A DNA stretch of 64,000 nucleotides, taken from positions 1,216,001 through 1,280,000 of the forward strand of contig CAVZDU010000001.1 in the NCBI GenBank assembly GCA_963774265.1, given 5' to 3'. The first letter of the stretch is position 1, and the number at the start of each line of letters is the position of its first letter. Positions 58,971-64,000 of the stretch are shown here, piece after piece. The notes beneath the pieces were generated by a model, which ran no database searches, was not told where the DNA came from, and saw nothing but the letters and a program-made list of their open reading frames with translations. The translations under genes and the position numbers were made by a program. The DNA is from an uncultured Chloroflexia bacterium. Lineage in GTDB: Bacteria; Chloroflexota; Anaerolineae; CG2-30-64-16.

Positions 58971-59972
58971 TCAGTCCGTTGCCTCCGACGTCTTCGTTAG
59001 CTCCGGCGTCTCTCGCGATTCTGATGTCTCTGTTGGCTCCGGCGTGTGAGAGTGCCGTCCGGTGGATGTTTGTGTTGCAGCCGGACTCGGCGGAGCGGGC
59101 GGAAGGTCCGTCGGGAGTGGGGGTGGAAGGCTTGTTGGCGGCGTGGGCGGAAGCTCTGTCGGCGGCGCGGCGGGTGTTTCCGTCGGCTCAGGTGATGGCG
59201 GCGGTTCAGTCACGACGACCGTCGCGCTCGCAGGCGGTCCCGAAGTTGGGTCATCGCTGTCCGGGGTGGACTGTGCCGGCACAGGGGTCTCGGCAGCGGC
59301 CTCGGCCGTGGATACGGTCGGCGTCCCCGTCGGGGAGGCTGTCGCACTCGGTGTGCTGGTGGCGGTTGGGGTGGGCGTCTTCGTCGGCTGCACCGTGCTG
59401 GTGGCGGTTCGCGTGATGGACCGGATGGATTCGGGTGTTTCGAGCGCCTCCGCCGTCTGCACCGGTCCCGGAATCAATTCACGCGCGGGCGTCATGGCCG
59501 GCGGCGTCATCTCCGTGGCTGTCGGGGTGGGCGTATAGATCGATTGTACGGTGGCGCTCGGTATTGGCGTTGCTTCGACCGTGGGAGTGGCGCGCGGTAT
59601 GTTCGTGTGGTCGCCCCGTCTGCCGGGCCAGGCCATGAAGGTTGTTGCTGCAAGCGCCACGAGCACCAGCGTTGCACCAAGCTGCCGCCAGAGCGGCGGA
59701 AGGACGAACGATCGCCCTGGCTCCTGCTGCGCCAACGTGGCGTGCATGCGCTCACGGCCGCGTACGCGTGCGGACATCGAGAGGACAGGCCAATCAGCCG
59801 TGCGCAGTTTGAAGGCGGTGTCCAACAAAGGCGCCAGCTCAGCCTCGAACTCAGGGTAGCGGGCGAGCACCTCGAGTGGGCTGAGACCCGCTTCAAGATC
59901 CTCCAGAGCCAGGGCTAATGCTTCGTCCAGGCTGCGGTCGCGATCCGAGGATCGCCGCTGCCAAGAGGTCAT
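58971..59972 (-). CDS. Putative anti-sigma factor: cytoplasmic helical domain, one TM helix, Pro/Thr-rich tail
   Basis: Start overlaps the sigma factor stop (ATGA); 'LARYPE..AELAPLL.TA..LR', TM 'LGATLVLVALAATTFMAW', more than 200 aa of PT-rich low-complexity sequence. Confidence 0.65.
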   Translation of the reverse strand: MTSWQRRSSDRDRSLDEALALALEDLEAGLSPLEVLARYPEFEAELAPLLDTAFKLRTADWPVLSMSARVRGRERMHATLAQQEPGRSFVLPPLWRQLGATLVLVALAATTFMAWPGRRGDHTNIPRATPTVEATPIPSATVQSIYTPTPTATEMTPPAMTPARELIPGPVQTAEALETPESIRSITRTATSTVQPTKTPTPTATSTPSATASPTGTPTVSTAEAAAETPVPAQSTPDSDDPTSGPPASATVVVTEPPPSPEPTETPAAPPTELPPTPPTSLPPPLPTDLPPAPPSPAATQTSTGRHSHTPEPTETSESRETPELTKTSEATD

Positions 59973-60547
59973 GGAAGAGCCTCCATGGACAAAATCCGCC
60001 GCAGGTTTGCGATGGCACGATGTTGCAGGGCCTTGACCGCGCCCGTCGTCTTACCCATGATCTCCGCTACCTCGAGCACACTGAATTCCTCGCCAAAACG
60101 ATAGAGCAAAACCGCCTGTTGTTCCTGCCCCAGCTGCGCCATCGCGCTCATCAGCTCACGGCCGCTTTCTGCTATGGTGGTCTGTATGAGGGGTTCCGGC
60201 CGCCTGTCTGCAAGATTCGGTTGATCGTCGATGTCCTGGTGATCGCGGTGCTTCTGCTTCCGGTATTGATCCGTCAGCAGGTTACCCGCCACGCGATACA
60301 CGAACGCCGAGAAAGAGGCCACCGGACGCGCCCCATTGACCTTGAACCGCGGCAGATTTTGCAGCAGCCGCACGAAGACGTCTGCTGTTAAATCCTCGGC
60401 CAGCTCTCGCTGGCCGATCCGCGCGTAAAGGTAGCGGAACACCCGATCTGCGTATAGGTTGTAGATCCGATCATAGGCCGCTGGCTCGCACCGCCGCGCT
60501 GCTTCGAGCAGGACGAGCATATCAGCGTCGCTGCAGACGTCTTGCAT
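59969..60547 (-). CDS. ECF (sigma-70 group 4) RNA polymerase sigma factor
   Basis: 'AYDRIYNLYADRVFRY..AEDLTADVF', 'YRVAGN', 'EVAEIMGKT.GAVKALQHRA'. Confidence 0.92.
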   Translation of the reverse strand: MQDVCSDADMLVLLEAARRCEPAAYDRIYNLYADRVFRYLYARIGQRELAEDLTADVFVRLLQNLPRFKVNGARPVASFSAFVYRVAGNLLTDQYRKQKHRDHQDIDDQPNLADRRPEPLIQTTIAESGRELMSAMAQLGQEQQAVLLYRFGEEFSVLEVAEIMGKTTGAVKALQHRAIANLRRILSMEALP

Positions 60548-60591
60548 CGGTTCTCGCTATGCTCAAACGTTCTTTGTCAACAAAAGATACG

Positions 60592-61932
60592 TTATGAGCC
60601 ATGCAGCATGCCCTGCATGCCGTTGATGTATTGTTCGATCCCTGGCAACGCGATCAAGCGCTCGTGGAAGAAGGTGTTGACCACGTTGATCACGCGCTGA
60701 CGCGCAGCATCGGTCTCTGCGCTGATCGCTTCGCCGGTCTTCTCCCTCGCAATCATGTCGCGAAGGATGAGCAGTTGCTTGATGATTTCACTTTCCGCGG
60801 CGCCTTCGAGCACGCTGACCACGTCCAGAATCAGCCGGTCCGCCTGCGCTGACACCTGGTCCATCGATATGGGGGAATCCGGGTCACATGCTTCATCCAA
60901 GGCGCGCAGTAGTGACCAGACCTGGTACAAGAGCGTCGTCGGTTCGTCAAACAGTTCTCGAACGAACGCGGCCTCCGCATGACGACCGGTCAGGCGGAAG
61001 ATGTTGTACATTCGTTTCGCGGCCTTGCCGTAGTTCAGGTCTTTTGTGAGGTACTTTTTGACCTCGGTTTCCATCAAACCCACGTATTCATCCAGTGCAT
61101 CAGCCGACACGTGGCGCACTACCTTCGAGAAGATCGGAATGGACTCCGCATGCAGATAGACTTCCTGAAAATAGGGGTCCAGATAGCCATCCAGCGGGGT
61201 GATGCTGCCGTTTGGTGCTTCCCAGGTCGCATCGAGAACGTTCGAGGCTTTGGCCAGCGTGCCGCGCACCGGGTCCGCCACCAGCCAGTCAAGCTTCAGC
61301 CAGCCGGGATCGGCCGCAACTTCATCCCAGCGCAGCGCCACCTGGGTCCCATCGGTGCGGATGCCCCCTATCTGGCCGGCCTTCAATTCATGCACGTTCC
61401 ACGCAAGTGAATTGCCCGTCTTGTAATGCCAACCGCGCGCGATGACCTCGTAGGGCGCGCAGCCGAACCGCACTTCGACGAATTGGTAGGTCGGCCCCGT
61501 GATTGTGCTCAGGACCTTCTCGCGAATGACCCGGCCGAGAATATGGCACGCTTCTTCCTTCGTCGGCGCTTTGACGTTCACGCGCTCAAAGTAGTCACAA
61601 TCTCCCGGATAGGTCTGGATCTTGCCCTGGGCGGAGGAGCCGGACAAGGCGAAGGCCGTTTCGACTATTCCCGGCACACCCGCCAGCTCCACAATGCGAC
61701 CGATCTCGCGATAGTACGCCAACTGCTGCGGGCTGAAATCAAGCATCACGATTTTGTGGCCGAATACGCCTGCCGCGTCATCAACCTCCACGTCATCGTA
61801 GGCCTTCCAGGCCGCGATTTTCGCCATCCATTGGAGTGCGTCTGCCTCATCCATCTCGACGCCAAGCCGGTTCGCGGACTCTACGATGGCGCTGAGTTGA
61901 TCTGCAGGATTGACACGCGGGTCATAGCTCAT
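60592..61932 (-). CDS. Hypothetical protein with a Pol-beta nucleotidyltransferase-like motif
   Basis: 446-aa intact ORF with AGGAG RBS; 'ALSGSSAQGKIQTYPGDCDYF' fits hG[GS]x(9-13)D-h-D; candidate third acidic residue in 'WLKLDW'. Confidence 0.6.
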   Translation of the reverse strand: MSYDPRVNPADQLSAIVESANRLGVEMDEADALQWMAKIAAWKAYDDVEVDDAAGVFGHKIVMLDFSPQQLAYYREIGRIVELAGVPGIVETAFALSGSSAQGKIQTYPGDCDYFERVNVKAPTKEEACHILGRVIREKVLSTITGPTYQFVEVRFGCAPYEVIARGWHYKTGNSLAWNVHELKAGQIGGIRTDGTQVALRWDEVAADPGWLKLDWLVADPVRGTLAKASNVLDATWEAPNGSITPLDGYLDPYFQEVYLHAESIPIFSKVVRHVSADALDEYVGLMETEVKKYLTKDLNYGKAAKRMYNIFRLTGRHAEAAFVRELFDEPTTLLYQVWSLLRALDEACDPDSPISMDQVSAQADRLILDVVSVLEGAAESEIIKQLLILRDMIAREKTGEAISAETDAARQRVINVVNTFFHERLIALPGIEQYINGMQGMLHGS

Positions 61933-61988
61933 GTTGATTCTCCTGACTTATTCAGGCAATCGGCGGTCATCGCGCTGCCGCACGACCG

Positions 61989-62088
61989 CCCGGACGTCAA
62001 CGTCCGGGCTACCTGGCAGCGCCCGCTGAAGCGGGCTTTTCGCAGCGCTCAGCCCGGAACGCCGTCGGTTGAGCCCCATTGATGGGGC
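61989..62088. repeat. Cluster of three short palindromes (REP/MITE-like)
   Basis: cccggacgtcaacgtccggg; gcccgctgaagcgggc; gccccattgatggggc. Confidence 0.6.
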
Positions 62089-62137
62089 GTTGCTTGGTAG
62101 CCTGCCTGTTTACGGGCGGGCGGCCGCAGGTCATCAC

Positions 62138-62698
62138 TCAAACACCATCAAGGGCCGGCTGCTCTTCAAGCAAGGCGCGCATCAAGTCAGCCTGATCGAT
62201 TGCGTCTGCCAGGGCGTTGTGGCTGAGCGATGGCACTCCCCCATAGCGGGCCACGACATGGCGCAGCGATGTTTTGGACCAAGCTGCGCCGGTTCGGCCC
62301 GCGTAGAAGGCCTTGATGTCGAGCGCGCTGTGGCCGAAAGGGTTATAGCCCAGGAAACGATGAAAGTAGTCGTTGACGAACATCCAGTCGAAGGGTGCAT
62401 TGAAACCCACCAGGATCGGGCGTGCTGGTGCAGGGGAGACCGACTCGATCCAGGTTGCGAAACTCAGCATGGCGTCCGCGGGCGAGAGGCCACGTTCGGA
62501 GAGCTGCTCCAGGCTCAAGCCGCTGACCGCCAGCGCGTCAGGAACGACGTCGAGACTGAGCGGTTGGAGCTCGACGTAGAAGGTTGTCGCGGGATTCAAA
62601 ACGAGGCACGCGCCGATGGAGAGCAGTGAGTAGCGGCCTGGGTACGGCCCCGCAGTCTCCACGTCAACAGAGACGAGGACGTCATTTACTATTCTCAT
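62138..62698 (-). CDS. DEDDh 3'-5' exonuclease (Cap18/RNase AS-like)
   Basis: ExoI 'SVDVET', ExoII 'GFNAPFDW', ExoIII 'HNALADA'. Confidence 0.88.
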   Translation of the reverse strand: MRIVNDVLVSVDVETAGPYPGRYSLLSIGACLVLNPATTFYVELQPLSLDVVPDALAVSGLSLEQLSERGLSPADAMLSFATWIESVSPAPARPILVGFNAPFDWMFVNDYFHRFLGYNPFGHSALDIKAFYAGRTGAAWSKTSLRHVVARYGGVPSLSHNALADAIDQADLMRALLEEQPALDGV

Positions 62699-62852
62699 AC
62701 AGTAGTCACGTAGCTCAAGGCCACGTAGTATACCCGCGATGAGGAGATTCGCCAACCCGCCGGTTGCGCGTCTGCTGAGGGCGCGCTACAATGCTGGGCG
62801 TCGTTCACCGCTGAACCCCCGCGCTGCTGCGAGACCTTCCTCGGACAAACGT

Positions 62853-63953
62853 ATGTACAAACGAATCGTTGTCAAACTCGGCACCAGTGTGCTCACCGGC
62901 GGCACGCGACATCTGGACCGCGCGCAGATGGTCGAGATCGCCCGGCAATGCGCCGCTTTGCGCTGTCAGGGGTGCGAGGTGATCGTCGTCACCTCTGGCG
63001 CCATCGCAGCCGGACGTGAGCGGCTGGACCATCCGAAGTTGCCGCCCACGGTGGCGGCCAAACAGATGCTCGCGGCAGTGGGACAAAGCTGGCTGATGCA
63101 TGTCTGGGAGAGCATGTTCGACATTTACCGGCTCAATGTCGGCCAGATGCTCCTGACACGCGCCGATGTGGCCGATCGTGACCGATTCCTGAACGCGCGC
63201 GACATGCTCCACGCGCTGCTGGAAAACGGCATCATCCCGATCATCAACGAGAACGATGCCGTGGCAACGACCGAGATAAAGGTGGGCGACAACGATAACC
63301 TGTCGGCGCTCATCGCCCTGCTGGCCGAGGCCGATTTGCTGCTGCTCCTCACCGATCAACCGGGGCTCTTCACTGCGGACCCACGCAGCGATCCTGGCGC
63401 TCAGCTCATTCCTGAAGTGCACACGATCGATGAGACTTTGCTCCGCATAGCAGGTGGCAGCGTCAGCGGCCTAGGCGTGGGCGGCATGACCACCAAGCTG
63501 CAGGCGGCTGACGTGGCCCGACGCGCGGGCGCCGACGTGATCATTGCGGCGGGCCGTGCGGCGGGGGTGATCATCCGCGCGGCTGAGGGCGAGTCGGTCG
63601 GCACGCTCTTTCCGGCCCTTGAAGCGCCGCTGGAGAACCGCAAGCGGTGGATTTTTGGGGGAACCGTGCCGGGCGGGCGATTGGTGGTGGACTCGGGCGC
63701 AGCGCGCGCGTTGCGTGAGCGAGGCGGCAGCCTGCTGTCGGCAGGCATCGTTGCCGTGGAAGGCCATTTCGAGCGCGGTGACACGGTGCTCATCGTCGGT
63801 CCCAAGGGCAAGGAGTTAGCCCGAGGCACTGCCCGCTATGGAAGCGCTGACCTGGTCCAGATCAAAGGCCACCACTCAGACGAAATCGGCGAGTTGCTGG
63901 GTTACACCGCCGGACCCGCCGCGGTGCATCGGAATGACATGATCCTGCTCTGA
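62853..63953 (+). CDS. proB: Glutamate 5-kinase with PUA domain
   Basis: '[10 protein letters not shown]', 'VTSGAIAAG', 'AAVGQ', 'PIINENDAV', 'GDNDNLSA', 'GGMTTKL.AA'. Confidence 0.96.
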   Translation: MYKRIVVKLGTSVLTGGTRHLDRAQMVEIARQCAALRCQGCEVIVVTSGAIAAGRERLDHPKLPPTVAAKQMLAAVGQSWLMHVWESMFDIYRLNVGQMLLTRADVADRDRFLNARDMLHALLENGIIPIINENDAVATTEIKVGDNDNLSALIALLAEADLLLLLTDQPGLFTADPRSDPGAQLIPEVHTIDETLLRIAGGSVSGLGVGGMTTKLQAADVARRAGADVIIAAGRAAGVIIRAAEGESVGTLFPALEAPLENRKRWIFGGTVPGGRLVVDSGAARALRERGGSLLSAGIVAVEGHFERGDTVLIVGPKGKELARGTARYGSADLVQIKGHHSDEIGELLGYTAGPAAVHRNDMILL

Positions 63954-64000
63954 TGCTAAAGGTGCCCGGCACTTGCGATCCTGCGGCTCGTTGAAGTGCC

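Noticed and set aside
60592-62698. Calling this a CBASS system outright
   Set aside because: No recognisable effector or Cap2/3/6/7 genes, and CD-NTase membership cannot be shown without a profile search

Overview
A 64-kb, GC-rich bacterial chromosomal segment, probably from a Chloroflexota (Anaerolineae/Caldilineae-like) genome. The lineage is inferred from the Pro/Thr/Ala-tethered lipoproteins, the LTD-ExeM-GEVED surface protein and the repeat types. Many conserved genes are split by single-base frameshifts, most simply explained as uncorrected long-read indels, so I report them as joined CDSs. Contents in order: Fic protein; ExeM-like surface protein; a glpK-glpA-glpB-guaB-glpC-panE cluster; rubrerythrin; plsY; a hybrid amino-acid/peptide ABC operon; an MBL hydrolase; livKHMGF; housekeeping genes (bactofilin, prs, rdgB, HIT, birA, eno); two large multiheme cytochromes c; an intact IS256-family element with a 9-bp target duplication; a CSC-motif P1B ATPase; a hydantoinase-like/MoaD pair; two opp operons; an ECF sigma/anti-sigma pair; an uncharacterised Pol-beta-type nucleotidyltransferase next to a DEDDh exonuclease; proB. 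The most notable signals are: (1) one lipoprotein fusing a family-3 amino-acid-binding domain to a circularly permuted family-5 peptide-binding domain, heading an operon with both permease types; (2) a second, differently permuted family-5 protein near a canonical one; (3) the nucleotidyltransferase plus Cap18-like exonuclease upstream of the ECF pair; (4) an ExeM homologue with a degenerate active site; (5) 14-heme and 10-heme cytochromes. No rRNA, tRNA or CRISPR array was seen.
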